From Macrostomum lignano (taxonomy: Eukaryota), in contig NIVC01000671.1 in NCBI GenBank assembly GCA_002269645.1, forward strand, positions 420,228 to 484,227: a stretch of 64,000 nt of DNA, in the 5' to 3' direction. This document shows positions 1 to 13,732 of the stretch, one piece after another. The position numbers and the translations under genes were made by a program. The stretch's first letter is position 1; the number at the start of each line of letters is the position of its first letter. The notes under the pieces were generated by a model. That model did no database searches, was not told the DNA's origin, and was given only the letters and a program-made list of their open reading frames with translations.

Positions 1-270
1 CCCAGATTAGAACTCAGCCCAGATTAGAACTCAGCCCAGATTAGCACTCAGCCTAGATTAGCACTCAGCCCAGATTAGCACTCAGCCTAGATTAGCACTC
101 AGCCCAGATTAGCACTCAGCCTAGATTAGCACTCAGCCCAGATTAGCACTCAGCCCAGATTAGCACTCAGCCCAGATTAGCACTCAGCCCAGATTAGCAC
201 TCAGCCCAGATTAGCACTCAGCCTAGATTAGCACTCAGCCCAGATTAGCACTCAGCCCAGATTAGCACCG
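1..270. repeat. 17-bp tandem minisatellite (CCCAGATTAGCACTCAG)n, degenerating to ~470
   Basis: About 16 near-perfect units read directly; truncated by the window start. Confidence 0.95.
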
Positions 271-983
271 CTCCACAGATTACCGCCGCTTCCCAGATAG
301 TTTCACCTTCCCAGATTAGCACTACTTCTCCAGATTTGCACCACTCCGCAAAAATTCGCACCGCTACTTCCTCCAGATTAGCCCCAATCCCCCAGATTAG
401 CCCCCCCCTCCTTTATATTAGCCCCACTCCCTTAGATTAGCACCGCTCCCCAGATTAGCACCACTCCCAAACTGCTAAAAGGTGACTACTATTATCGCCT
501 CAGAAGTTTAAAGTTAAACCCTCCCCAGAAATTGGCAGTTATCCCCACAACAACCTGAAGTTATCCCTTCTAATTCCGCAAAACAGACTGCAGTCATACA
601 ACTCATTTGCACTCTACAACTTTTATTATTATTATTCATTTATCCCTCAGGGACCCAGAATTGTCCCTTCTGCAAGCTACAATTATTCACAGTTAGATAT
701 CCTCCTCAGAAGTCTGCCATTATTATCCTAGCAGTCTGCAGCTATCCACTCGGCAGTTTGCAGCTTATACGCTCATAAGTCTCAACTCGAGAAACTAACC
801 AACGTCAGCAGTTTGCAGTTTGTCCCCTTTGCAGTCTGCAATGATCCCTTCAACAATCTGCAGTTCCCCTCAGTAGTCTGCAGTCAATTCATTTGCAGTC
901 AGCAAGTGTTTCCTTAATAATTCTCATTTATCCCCTCAGTAGTCTGTAGTTCTCTCAGCTGGCCCCTCAGTATTCTCAGCAAA

Positions 984-1249
984 CTGCAATGATCTTTTCA
1001 ATTATTTAAAAATTTGTTCAGCATTTACGACAGCGCACTAATCAATTTTCGATACATATTGGCAGTCTTGCGCAACTCAGAATTTAGCAATACCTCAGCA
1101 GTTTAGCAGCATCGTCTACTGCAATGATCCTTTCAACAATGTAGAAATTAGCTCAGCATTTTATGGCTAACTAATCGATTTTCGATACATATCGGCAATC
1201 TCTTGCACCACTCAGCATTTAGCAATACCTCAGCAGTTTAGCAGCATCA
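984..1249. repeat. Two diverged ~130-bp direct repeats
   Basis: CTGCAATGATC...TTTTCGATACATAT...TTTAGCAATACCTCAGCAGTTTAGCAGCATC occurs at ~984-1111 and ~1119-1249. Confidence 0.8.
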
Positions 1250-2680
1250 TCTGCAGTTTAGTAATTTAATCCCCTGCAGTTTACTAATATCTACTTCTAT
1301 AGACCTAGATAATAACAATTAATAGGATCTTAGGATTTTACAAATCAAATCAAATTTGTTTAGTGGCTTGTGCAAGTAGCAAAAATAATTTATTGTAATT
1401 AATAAAAAAATTAATTACAATTAATCAAAAAATGTTCAAAATAGTCTTGGCAGAAGCTACTAATGAATGAATTTATTTAATTTTAATTAGCCGCTGGGGA
1501 GGCGGACTTGAACCTTGGACCTTACGCCTAGCCTAAACCTAGTCCTAGTGCCTACACTGCGGCTATTCCGCCTACTGATCGGAGGGCGCAAAAATCAGCC
1601 ATATATGCTTCGGCACTGCAGTCAAATACATAGCAGTGATAGGCTGCTCAGTGTGCACAGGCACAGGTTGTATGCAGGCAGAGCCAATGCACAGTTGAGT
1701 GAAATCTATTAATAGCAATTGTCTATGCAGTCCGCCAGTCAGCCAGGGTCAGAATGTACACACGCAGCCACTGAGCATTATTTTCCTCTCCCTTATTGCA
1801 GCCAGTATTGAGGCGTACACAGTGAACAGAGAAAAGTTGTGGCGCAATCTTAATTGGAATTGAAATTCAATCAGTGAGATTTTGACCTTTTCTAGCCTCC
1901 CATTGAAAGCATTAAAAAAAAACTCGTTTTTCGAATATTTAACCAACTTTTCATTCGAATTTTTCAATGCAATTACACCCACACAATCTCACAAGAATTT
2001 GCAATTGAATAAAGCAAGTTTGAAAAAAATCGGTTCAGGCATTCAGGCTGTGGACTGGAATACCGGTCAGACAGACAGACCTTAGAGATTTAGTATATTG
2101 TGATGTGATGGAAATGGAAAATAGATTAAAAGGCATTATAATGGTTTTGATTCTTTTTTGTCATTATACCTTAGAAGCTAGAATAGCCAATGGCAAAAGT
2201 AATTTAAAGAGGTTAAAGTTTTTTCTCTTTGCATAAGCTAATTTAGATTAGAGCAATGTTTATATTATGGCCACTTTAGTATATGGCCATTTTGTCTTTA
2301 AACATACATAATGCCCCACCTATTCTATATTATCAACTCATTAGACATTATGTAGCAACATTATGTAGTAGGCCTATATAGGCTTTATGTCTATTTTACA
2401 TATTATCATATATATGGTAATATAGCCTACTTAAAAAAGGAAATGCTTAGAGCCTAGGCTTATGCTTATCTTTATCATAGTCCCATGCCAAATAATTCTA
2501 ACTTTACTCATACATAGGCCTATCTATATAAAAAAATTTCAGCTTATCCTTTTGGCAGCTTATTAAAATAGCTAGTACCATTTAAGTCTATAGGCTATGT
2601 CAATAATAACATGGATAGGCCTATATGTTAATAACTTTAAGACTAGAATAAAGCACCTTTAAGGCTTTAAATATCTATGT

Positions 2681-3191
2681 CCTAGTAAAATGTGGAATCC
2701 GCAATAGAATCAGAATAGAATAGCTAAATAGAATAGCAGAATCCACTAACTTGAAGTAAAATGCAAAACATAAGAATCAAAAAATGAAATTTTAAATATA
2801 TTAGCTTTGCCTACAGCAATGTAAATATGTAACTATATAAAAAAGATATTTAAAGAAATTTTAGTATGATTCTATATTAATGCAAACTGAACTAGATTCT
2901 AGAAATAGCAGCATCTATTGGACTTTACTCAAAGTAATATTATAGGCCTAGGTTCTCTCATGAATAATATAGCTGATAAGTGGTTTGGTAAAATTTTGAA
3001 AGCTTTATTGTTATATAATATAAGAATTATATATAATAGATCATAATGCACTTAGGCTACTTTGCATTTGAATTTTAGTTGAAGTTATTGGATTCCGTTG
3101 CTCTTTCTGCATTATAACATTCTACTGCAGATTCTGCATTTTACCAAGCTATTCCATTCTAATTCCGCTGCGGATTCCGCATTTTACTGGG
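2681..3191. mobile_element. Decayed MITE-like element with long terminal inverted repeats
   Basis: Left arm CCTAGTAAAATGTGGAATCCGCAATAGAATCAGAATAGAATAGCT matches the reverse complement of the right arm, CCCAGTAAAATGCGGAATCCGCAGCGGAATTAGAATGGAATAGCT. No TSD recognised. Confidence 0.65.
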
Positions 3192-3409
3192 TGCCCAGTG
3201 CCCTTTAAATGAATTTGTTCAAGGACCCTAAAGGTCCTTCTTCATTTGGACTTTGGTATTTATATATATTTTATTAGCATGCATGTAGTTTCAAAAATCT
3301 TATTGTATTTTTTGTTTTGAGTGTTTATCATGGCTGAGGCTGAGCCTATAGTATAGTATAGGCCTAGTATAGAGTCCAGACTTGCAACTATTTTAATTTA
3401 AGAGGCCAT

Positions 3410-3715
3410 GGGGATAAGCTGATAATTATTGACACAGATCCATGTGGATAAATTAGAATTATTGACACGACCTACAGACTTGAATGGTGGCAGCTATTAC
3501 AATAGGCTGCCATAAGGATAAGCTGAAATTCTAAAAATTATTGACCCAAGGGGACCCAGATCAATGTGGATAAAAATAAAATAGGAATTAATGACACGGC
3601 CTACAAACTTAAATGGTGGCAGCTTTTTAAATAAGCTGCCGTGGGGATACGCTGAAAATAATCGACACGGATCCGTGTGAATAAACTTGGAATTATCAGC
3701 ACAGGACTGTAGGAT
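3410..3715. repeat. Degenerate ~115-bp tandem repeat (about 3 units)
   Basis: GGATAAGCTGA..ATTATTGACAC..GATCCATGTGGATAAA..GAATT recurs at ~3412, ~3517 and ~3645. Confidence 0.6.
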
Positions 3716-6700
3716 GGAGCATGGAGATAAGCACTTCCTTTAAAAAAGCTATTTTTCATGTATAAGTTCGGCCTCGTGCACTAGGACATACGACTGCAAA
3801 GTCAGTATAGGCGTCACAGATGAGTTTCTTAAGTTTGAGTTAGCACTGGTGGATGATGGAAGTGTTTAATCTTGAATGGATGTAGGATTCTAGAATCTTT
3901 AGTAATCCATGCGCGCAGTCAGTAGTCTGATGTTGAGATGTGTTCATTAAACAATTTAAATTCGCACCAAAGTAAACACATTAAACAATCGTTTCGACAC
4001 ACTTAACATTACTTTTAGTAGTTTTAGACACCAAGAAATGCAACACTGGGGTGTAAATAATCACGTTCCAGCTTCAATACCCAATTTCGCTTGGTTTAAG
4101 AAGTATACGGTTTTAGCCCTCTTTGGCACGAATTTGAAACGGAATTAGAGAAAACGATATTAGTAAGTAAGTAAGGATAAGCTGCTATTAAAACTACAAG
4201 AAAACGAAAAAATAAGAAAAAATCATGCATGGTTGATTTCAATTATTTTATCAAAAATACAATAATAGTGAATAGTGGTCTATATTTCATGACATCGACG
4301 ACAGTTAGGCCCTACAAAAAAAAGTAAGAATCAACGGCATAATCCTAGTTTCCCGCGTTAAAAAAAATTGAGTTAAAAATCGACTGAATAAGTTAAACCA
4401 AGTTAGTCCAAAGCAGTCAATCGTCTGCTGAGCTAACTAAATTGCATAATAATGAGCAACCTAGAACAAGAAGTTGCCGAAAGTCGAAAGACTTCTCTGA
4501 GTAAAGGTGGCGCCAGAGGTAAACCCTAGGCCTACGCCTACCCATCAGGTGCGAATCTAATAGGCAAATACATTTCATTAGACATAAAAAGGCTATATAC
4601 CATAGAACTTCCAAGGTACAAGGTAGGCTATGCTATAGGTAATAGACATATAGTTAATTGTGTATCTAGATTCTAGGCCTATCTATAAAATTGTTAATAA
4701 TGTAGTTTATATGTCTTAAATATTTTTTAATTAAATTTAAATCATAACTTAATATTTTTAAAGTTTAGAAGGGCTTAAATGTCTTTAATTTTTATATTTT
4801 AATTGTAATCTCAAGTTTTATATGTAAAATAGCATTTTTTCAACATAAAAAATAAAAAAATACTTTTTCTATTGGTCAAATTATTTAATAAGATTTTTTA
4901 TCATTAAATAATGTTTAAGCTTTATAAAGCTTTACTAGGCCTAGTTCAAGTGCTAATTAGGCCTATCATATGTAATAGATATGATTGCTCTCATTGAAAT
5001 TATCCTACCATTGCAACCAGCTGTTATAGGGCTAGGCCTACTTTTCTAATTCCTATTATTGAATATCCTAAAGCTGCTACCAAAGTTGTCAAAGGCGTGA
5101 TTACTCTCACTGAAATTATCCCACTGCTGCAACCAAGTTGTCAAAGGGCTGATTCTTTTGTCTTCAAAAAATTGTTTTTATGTTGGTAGCTGCCACCAAG
5201 ATTATTCTAATAATAAATTGAGTTTATTAATCTTAGGCTCTAGAATAAGTCTGAGAAATGTTTCTTGGAATTAGTCTGAGCATATATCTGAGTATTTGTC
5301 TGAGTATATATTTGAAAATTTGTCTAAGTATATTGTTCTTAGAATACTATTTAGCCCTTATAAGTATTGTTCTTCTGTTATTCCGGTAGCATATCCTATT
5401 ATTAGCCTATAATAATATCCTACTATCCTATTAATATAGCCTATTCCTATTATTCTGATAGTGTTTACTGTTATTCTGGCCTAAGTGGTATATTGGCTTA
5501 CTGGTAAATATATTGTATATACTTCCAATCCTAGGTATTACTGAGATCAGAGGGTCATAGCCTCTAGTTATTCTTTCATGTATCAATTTAGGATCTACTT
5601 CGTAGTCTCTTACTATTTCCACTTCTCAATAATATATAGGCTACTGTATGTGTTCTTTGCCACTTCACTTCTCTTCTGCAATTGAAAAACTTGGAAAACA
5701 ATCTTCAATAATGTTTACTTGGAACTCTTTCTATTTGATACTGGCTTTCTTTCTTAAAGAACTGCGATGTGCAAGCTTGGTCTCTCCTCTGCCAAAAATT
5801 ATCTATTTAATACTAAAATTTATTGTTAGTTTAAACAAAAATTAGTTCGCATAAAATATTATGAAAAATATGTATACTATAACAAATGTGTTTTCTAGGA
5901 TTCAGCACACATTCAAAATGAGTTATACCATTATCAATTTCATAATATAAGAATCAGGAGGGACCCTACACATATAAGTGCTATTGACATTAATACTATT
6001 TTCTCTAGTTCTTTAGTGAGCTCTGCAAAACCTACAAACCCAATGACATGCGCAAAGTGCATATCTTTAGGGTTATAGGGTAAGCAAAGTGAACATGTAA
6101 GGCACAAAGTGCATTAGGTGGTCTTGGTTATGACAAATATAATAATATAAGATATGTGCATCAAAAAATTAGCAAAAAATCTCACAAAAACTGCTATAAC
6201 TTTCAAAACTACAAGAGCAAATTTGACAAATAAGGTAGGGGCCTATCATTTTAAAGAGAAAAATCTAATCTATTTAACAAGTATAGTTTTGTATAGATTC
6301 ATTGCGGAAGAAAGGAACAAGCTCTAGTTGAAATGTTTGTCTTAAGATTATATCTTTACAAAAGTGCATTTCCTCGTGCATATTAAAACTGGTGCTAAAA
6401 ATGTTTGAGGGTTATAGGTACCCCTTACTAAGATGCATAACATTATTTGGTTGTTTTTTTTCAATTGTAACAAAAAGTTAGCACTATGGTAGCAAAAAAT
6501 GCAAAAATTAGGAATGTACTTTTATTGTTTTTTTGCATTTTTTCTATACTGCTAATAGTTAAGCATACATATTATGCACCAATCAATGCACAATTCAAAG
6601 ATATACAAATGTGGAAATTTTCAATTCTTAAACATTATAAATAAGAAAGTTATAGACAAAGAACTACAAATCATGATTTCAAACTGCTTTGAAGAAAAGT

Positions 6701-7196
6701 GCTCATTATAATTTTTGGAATATGGAAGAAATAATTTAACATCGTCATTTAATTCCAAACTAACTGTACTTTAAGATACTGCATGATTTTTTCTTGAAAG
6801 AGCAAAACCTATTTAAACATACATGTCCAACCTTGAAATTTTACTTGTCTAGTGCAACTTAGTTTGGTCCAAATTTGTAACATCACCTTACAGCAGTAGG
6901 CTAGCCTGGAAAAAAGATCAAAATATCTCTAGGCTAGTCTATTGCCATCATAGGTGGCAACATAGTTCCTCCCGATTGTGACTTAGTTCTTGATTGCAAC
7001 TTAATTCCCCCAATTGCAACTTAATTTTCACTTTGTATGACTTCTTTGCCTTTTTCTCTTTTCATCTCCTTCTCTTTCTCTTTTCTCTTTTTGCTCTCTC
7101 TTTTCTCCCTCCTTTCTTTTCCTTTTTTCTTCCTCTCCTTTATTTTTTTCTTCAATTTTTTTGTTTTTTTTTTTTATTTTTGATTGTGTAACTTAC

Positions 7197-7254
7197 CTTG
7201 GCCAGCGGCCTTTTCACCCATCCGGTTCAGACAGGTTGGATGGGTGTTGGGCAT
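7197..7254 (-). other. Candidate isolated exon (MPNTHPTCLNRMGEKAAGQ, phase-1 donor)
   Basis: 58-bp GC-rich island in an AT-rich region. On the minus strand it runs from an ATG to CAAG|GTAAGT. No partner exon found. Confidence 0.3.
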
Positions 7255-10200
7255 GTATGTATTACATATGTATTACATTTATATACAAGTAATACATGTA
7301 TATAAATATTTGAAAAAAGGAAAAAAGTATCCTTTTCATAGAAATACACTCTTTTGATTGCTTTATCTAATTTCCAACAACAAAATAGTTACTTTCCAGC
7401 TAGAGAAAATAATTATTAGGGTAATTTTCAAAATTGCATACTTTGCAAAAAGTAAATTGAAGTTTAATATTTATAAACATTAGAAATGGGACCAGGATGA
7501 CTAATGAATGGATATTTTACTTTGGTTACCTACTATAATGGACTAAACTGGCACTGGCAGAGATAGATTTGAAAGAAACTAATCACTCCATTGTATTTGG
7601 CTCCAATGTTACAATATATTAGGGTATAATCAGCTAAGTTATCAAAAGAAACTAGATACCAATCACAAGTTTCACCATCCCATACCTACTACAATTTTAG
7701 TCACATGCAACAGTAATACCCTTCCCTAAAAGTTTTCAATATGTAAAATTCTGTGTTAGATTATATAAAATTTCATATATAGTGAAATTTTAGCTGTTTA
7801 CATGTTGGTGGTTTGAAAGTAGCTATTTTTGTACAAAAATACACTGTCATTAATACTATACCTATTGTAACTTTAGTATATGACCTATGAAAGTTGAAGC
7901 ATAAATTGTACTTTTCTAATTTTATTTTGTCATTCCTTTGTATGCTTAGGTTGGCTTGCCTTCCTTGTGGGGTGAGGCCTTGGCCACTTTCTCCCTTCTA
8001 TTACAATCAAAGCACATTTAAAAGCTTGCCACAAGTGTACATTCAATATTATCAATTGATTATTTAAAACAAGCTTCTAGTGGTTAGTGTTTAAAAGTGA
8101 ATGGCCTTGAGTATACACGATTGTGAGAAGAAATATAAAGAAATATTGTTAGGAAACTTGTTAGGAAATATCACAAAATATTAGGAGCATCAGCATTAAT
8201 AATGCCTTGGAAGTCTTTAAATAATCAATTCAACACTAGGTATTATAAAATTCTAACCCCAAGCTCACTAGGGCAAAAAGACTTTGTTTTCATTAACTAT
8301 CTCAAAAGCTAAAGTTTCAGTTGCTAATGTCTCTTGCACTAATATCCTAAGCACAAATAGTCACAAAAGCTTAATTCTTAACTTTCCACTACTACTATCA
8401 TTAAAGAAAGTTGTTGCTTGAATATATATTATATATGTAGAACAAGCAAAAAAACAAGCAATAGCAGCCTGAAGGGTCAGTTCAAATGTATACAAGTTAG
8501 CAATAAGGCAGTCCATTAGAGTGGCAATGGGGGCCTAGCCGCAGCATAATTGCTTAGTTGGTTAGTGCAACATGGCCAAGGCTAGAGAGACAAGCATACT
8601 GTGACCTAGGGTTTATAGGCAGTGTTGGCAGTAGCCTAGTAGTATCTGGTAGCATTGGTATGGGATAGCACTTAAAGGCAAAGTTCCAGTGTGGGCTATC
8701 AGAGCATTGGTCAGTAGGCATTCTAGGTAATGCAGGTGTTGCACGTAGTATAGTAGCAATCAATAAAGTGCATCTAAGGCTCACTTTTGCATCTTGGTTA
8801 GCAACGTGGCTTCTATGCCATTGCTTAAGGATATTGTCTCTATTGCTAATGTAATGTCTATCATTATTATTAACAAAATACATTATTACCAGAATAACTT
8901 ATTTTTATTTCAAATGCAGATATTTGATATCAAAATATCAAAGAGAAAGCTTAGGCTAAGGCAGACAAACAAACCCTAGCCAATTAGAATTTAGTAGGCT
9001 ATATGCATTATTAAGATAAGAAAAGCCAATGTACATATTAATAATAATAATATATATTTTTTATATAAAGAAGTATTATTTTATAGTATTACTTTATAAA
9101 TTTTCTTGTCTAATTTATATAAGCCTAGTTTACAATATAAATGTAAGATAGTTACACTCTCTGTATAATATAGATGATTAGATAAATATAGCTTAAATAG
9201 CCTATTATGAAATAAAAAGGCTAGCAAATATAATGAAACTAAATAACTTAAAAGACTTCAATTACAAAAGGCAATTCTATTAAATATTTAATTTTTAGCC
9301 AAGTAACAAGTAAAGCTGATTTCATTATCATATGTTACAAACTTTCAAAAAACTTAAAGATACATATCAAACAAAGTGCATTAAACAGTATCTGCTGCAT
9401 TATATTGAGGAGCAAGCCAAATGTTTTGGCAACTCATATATACACTATCCTAGGATAGTATAAAAGTAAAAAGAGAAATATTACAAACAAACCACTTATT
9501 CTCTTTCCAAACAATATGGTAAATATGCCCTAGAAGTTCAAGTATTCTACAAAGCATTCTCTTTATAGTCTCTCTTTTAGTATTAACAGCCTATAATAAT
9601 AGAAAGAAGTAGTAAGCTACTTTATATTGTCTTGATACTTAAAAATTGTAAATAGTGGCTTTCTTACTATATACTAGATGGAATATATAAAATTCTCTCT
9701 TTTACCCAATATTTGGCTATAGCCAAGTGCTATATCTTACTATTTTGCTATTAAAAAATCAATATATGCCATCTATGCCAATATATAGCCATCAGCAATT
9801 TACATTGCTCACATTTAGTCAATTAGGTATTGTAGAATATTCAATTACAAAAAACATACTTATTGGTTTCTCAGATTGAACCTTGTCTTGCCCTTCTCTT
9901 CAATTATTACATTCTAAATTTTGAGGATTTGGTATCTTAAATGCCCCTTTACCTAATAGCCTTGAATACTTTAGCTACAATTTTAGTATATTGGATTAAA
10001 AACTTATATATGTGTATATTTATTTTAATTTTATTAATTTTCTTAGTCAAAAACTCTAGAATTCAAGGCAAGATCTTTGTAGACTAGTGGATCTCTATTA
10101 AAATGGTCCTAATCATATTGATATCCATATACCAAAAATTTATTGACTTCACTAACTTAATTGTACCTGATTGGACATGATCTGTATCCTGTATTAGGAA

Positions 10201-10384
10201 TTATGAATTCAAGCAGTAGTATTTTGGCTGTTAAAAGCCAAGTACAATAGGTGAGGACATCTAAAGGACATCTGGCAGTCATACTAGTCATAGGTTAAGT
10301 AGGTGTATGCATAAAATCCTAGATCAAGGGCCAGAAAACTCCAGCCTGTGGGCCACATGCAGCCCGTGAAGCCTTTCTATCTGG

Positions 10385-10630
10385 CCCAGTTACAGTTGGT
10401 TTCTCTTTTCAGTTCTCTTCTTTTCTCTCTCTCCCCTCCTTTCTCCCTCTTCTCGCTCATCTCCACTCTCTCCCCTCTCCTCTCTCCACTCTCCCCTCCT
10501 CTCTCCCCTTCTCCACTCTATCTCCCCTCTCCTCTCTCCTCTCGCTACCCTCTCCTCTGCTCTCTCCTCTCCCCTTTTTTCTTTCCTACCTTCTTCCTTA
10601 TCTCTACCCTCCTCTCCTCTTTTCTCTTAT
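10385..10630. repeat. CT-rich polypyrimidine low-complexity tract
   Basis: Almost entirely C/T, just upstream of the B56 gene. Confidence 0.9.
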
Positions 10631-10849
10631 CCAGAAACTTAAATAAGCAAAACAATGTCTGAATATTATTGTGCAAGTAATGCATCGAATATGTTGGCTT
10701 ATTTTTCACTTGGTTCTTTAAACTTTCGGAAATTTAGGCTAAAAACAGTTTCTTATGTCCTTTTCTATCGTATGATTTACCTTACAACTGAGATACATGA
10801 GAAGCAACAAAAAATTCCCAAAAATTTGCATGGACCCATCAGCCCGGCT

Positions 10850-13732
10850 ATGCCAGTAGCTGGCAGCGATCAAAAGCTGGCGCCAACTCCGCCACCATCC
10901 TCAGCCCAGTCCCAGTCTCCTCCATCGTCAACAACAGCAATAACAACAACATCGTCTTCCTCGGTTGCATCATCTGCGGCGGCCTCCATTGCCGCAGCCT
11001 CCGCGGCCGCTGCAGCCAAGCCGCTGGAACAAGCCAAGGCCAGTTCGCCAATCCCGGCAGCCACGCCGCCGCCTCTGTTGCCTAGCAACGCAACGCGGGA
11101 AGCCCGCAGCGGCAGTTGCAGCCATCAAGTTAGCAAGAATCGCGAGCTGTTAGCTTTGCCAGCGCTGAAGGATGCCGCTAACGAGCAGGAACGGGAGGCT
11201 CTGCTGTTGCAGAAACTGCGCCAGTGCTGCGTGGTCTTCGACTTCGCCCAGGACCCGCTTTCCGACCTCAAGTACAAGGAGGTGAAGCGCCTGGCCCTCC
11301 AAGAGCTTGTAGAATTCGTCACGGTTGCCCAGGGCGCCCTGACCGAGCCTGTGTACACCGACGCCGTCGCCATGTTTGCCGCCAACGTGTTCCGCACTCT
11401 GCCGCCGCCGTCCAATCCTCTCGGCGCGGAATTCGATCCGGAAGAGGACGAGCCCAATCTGGAGGCGGCCTGGCCGCATCTGCACCTGGTGTGCGAGTTC
11501 TTTCTGCGTTTCTTAGAATCGCCCGACTTTCAAGCGTCGCTGGCTAAGCGGTGCATCGATCACGCCTTCGTGCTGCAGCTGTTGGACATGTTCGACAGCG
11601 AGGATCCGAGGGAGCGCGATTTTCTTAAAACTATTCTGCACAGAATCTACGGCAAGTTTGTGGGCTTGCGCGGCCTGATTCGCAAGCATATTAATAATAT
11701 TTTCTACAGGTAAGTCATTCTTTGTAAATTAGGTCTGCTTATTTTCTTGTAAGGCTTTTTGAAATTCATTTTTAATGCTCACTTGTAGTTTACTGATATA
11801 ATATATTGTCAATGCAATTTATTTCTTTATTGCCTCCTACATCCCCTCCCTTCATTCTTCCCTCCCTTCATTCTTCCCTTCCTTCATTCCCTCCCTTCAT
11901 TCTTCCCTCCCTTCATTCTTCCCTTCATTCTTCCCTTCCTTCATTCCCTCCCTTCATTCTTCCCTCCCTTCATTCTTCCTTCTCTTCATTCTTCCCTCCC
12001 TTCATTCTTCCCTCCCCTCATTCTTCTCTTCATTCCTTCATTCTTACCTTCATTCCTTCATTCCCTCCCTTCATTCTTCCCTCCCTTCATTCTTCCCTCC
12101 CTTCATTCTTCTCTTCATTCCTTCATTCTTACCTTCATTCCTTCATTCCCTCCCTTCATTCTTCCCTTCCTTCCTTCATTCCCTCCTTTCATTCTTCCCT
12201 TCATTCCTTCATTCCCTCCCTTCATTCCCTCCATTCTTCCCTTCATTCCCTTTTTTCCATTCATTCATTCTCCCCTTATTTCTTCCCTTCAATCTCCTAC
12301 CCGAATCGCAGGTTCATCTACGAAACCGAGCGCCACAACGGCATCGCCGAGCTGCTGGAGATTCTGGGCAGCATCATCAACGGTTTCGCCTTGCCGCTCA
12401 AAGAGGAGCACAAAGTGTTCCTGCTGCGCGTCCTGCTGCCGCTGCACAAAGTGAAATCGCTGAGCGTCTATCACCCGCAGCTGGCCTACTGCGTGGTGCA
12501 GTTCCTAGAGAAGGACCACACCCTCACCCAGCCTGTGCTGCTTGGCCTGCTCAAATTCTGGCCAAAAGTTCACTCGCCCAAAGAGGTAATGTTTCTCAAC
12601 GAGCTCGAAGAGATCTTGGACGTTATCGAGCCGGCCGAGTTCCAGAAAGTCATCCAGCCGCTTTTCGGCCAGCTGTCCAAGTGCGTCAGCTCGCCTCACT
12701 TTCAGGTGAGTTAAATTGTCCTCACGACTGAACTATAATTCAGAATATCCTATTCGACATCCTTACTGTTCCGAACTAATAAATCCCATGTGCCATTGTC
12801 CCGTTCCAAAAATCCCTTTACTGAAACTCAAATATCCCATTAGTCACCGTCCTACTCCTGGCATCCAAAAGATGCCATTCAGCATTATCCCAACTGGAAT
12901 TATCAATATCCCATTCAGCATTATCCCAACTGAAATAATCATATCCCATTCCAGAATTATCCCAACGGAAATTATCAAGATCCCATTCCAGAATTATCCC
13001 TAGAGAACTTATCAAGATCCCATTTAGCATTATCCCAATGGGAGTTATCAAGATCCCATTCAGCATTATCCCAATGAGATTTATCAGGATGCCATTCAGC
13101 ATTATTCCAATGGGATTTATCAAGATGCCATTCAGCATTATCCCAATGGGATTTATCAAGATCCCATTCAGCATTATCCAATGGGATTTATCAAGATCCC
13201 ATTCAGCATTATCCCAATGGGAGTTATCAAGATCCCATTCAGCATTATCCAATGGGATTTATCAAGATGCCATTCAGCATTATCCCAATGGGAGTTATCA
13301 AGATCCCATTCAGCATTATCCCAATGGAATCTATCAAGATCCCATCCGGCATTATCCCAAACCCAGGTGGCCGAGCGCGCCCTGTACTTCTGGAACAACG
13401 AGTACGTGCTGTCGCTGATGTCGGAGAACGTGCGCGAAGTGCTGCCTATAGTGTTCCCGGCTCTGTACCAGACCAAGCAGCATTGGAACAAGACAATTCA
13501 TGGACTGATTTACAATGCGCTCAAGCTGCTGATGGAGATGAACCAGCGCCTGTTCGACGAGTGCACCAATCGGTACAAAGAGGAACGGCAGCGCGAGGCA
13601 CTGGAAGCGGCCAGGAGAGAGCAGGCCTGGGCAGCCATTAACAGCAAGGCGATGCAGAATCCTCTGTTTGATAATTTCTCCGGACCCGCTGACGGTCAAC
13701 TGGACGGCATGGGAGACAATGGGAGCGCCTGA
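10850..13732 (+). CDS. PPP2R5: Protein phosphatase 2A regulatory subunit B56 (B') family; exons ~10850-11709, 12312-12705, 13367-13732
   Basis: Hallmark B56 motifs: [67 protein letters not shown]|[15 protein letters not shown] junctions keep the frame (AG|gtaag...cag|G; CAG|gtgag...cag|GTG). Start codon uncertain; the ORF is open from 10655. Confidence 0.96.
11833..12290. repeat. Pyrimidine-rich (CCTTCATT/CCCT) repeat filling B56 intron 1
   Basis: Repeating CCTTCATTC/CCTCC motifs run up to the acceptor at 12311. Confidence 0.9.
12850..13362. repeat. 36-bp (35-bp variants) minisatellite in B56 intron 2
   Basis: Unit CATTCAGCATTATCCCAATGGGATTTATCAAGATCC, containing the TCCCA-A-TGGGA palindrome; the last unit runs into the acceptor. 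Confidence 0.92.

Noticed and set aside
1495-1530. Reverse B-box-like GGTTCAAGTCC as a tRNA
   Set aside because: No cloverleaf or A box; at most a SINE remnant.
8554-8883. 109-aa minus-strand ORF
   Set aside because: No recognisable motif; lies in hypermutated, CpG-depleted sequence and is probably decayed repeat.
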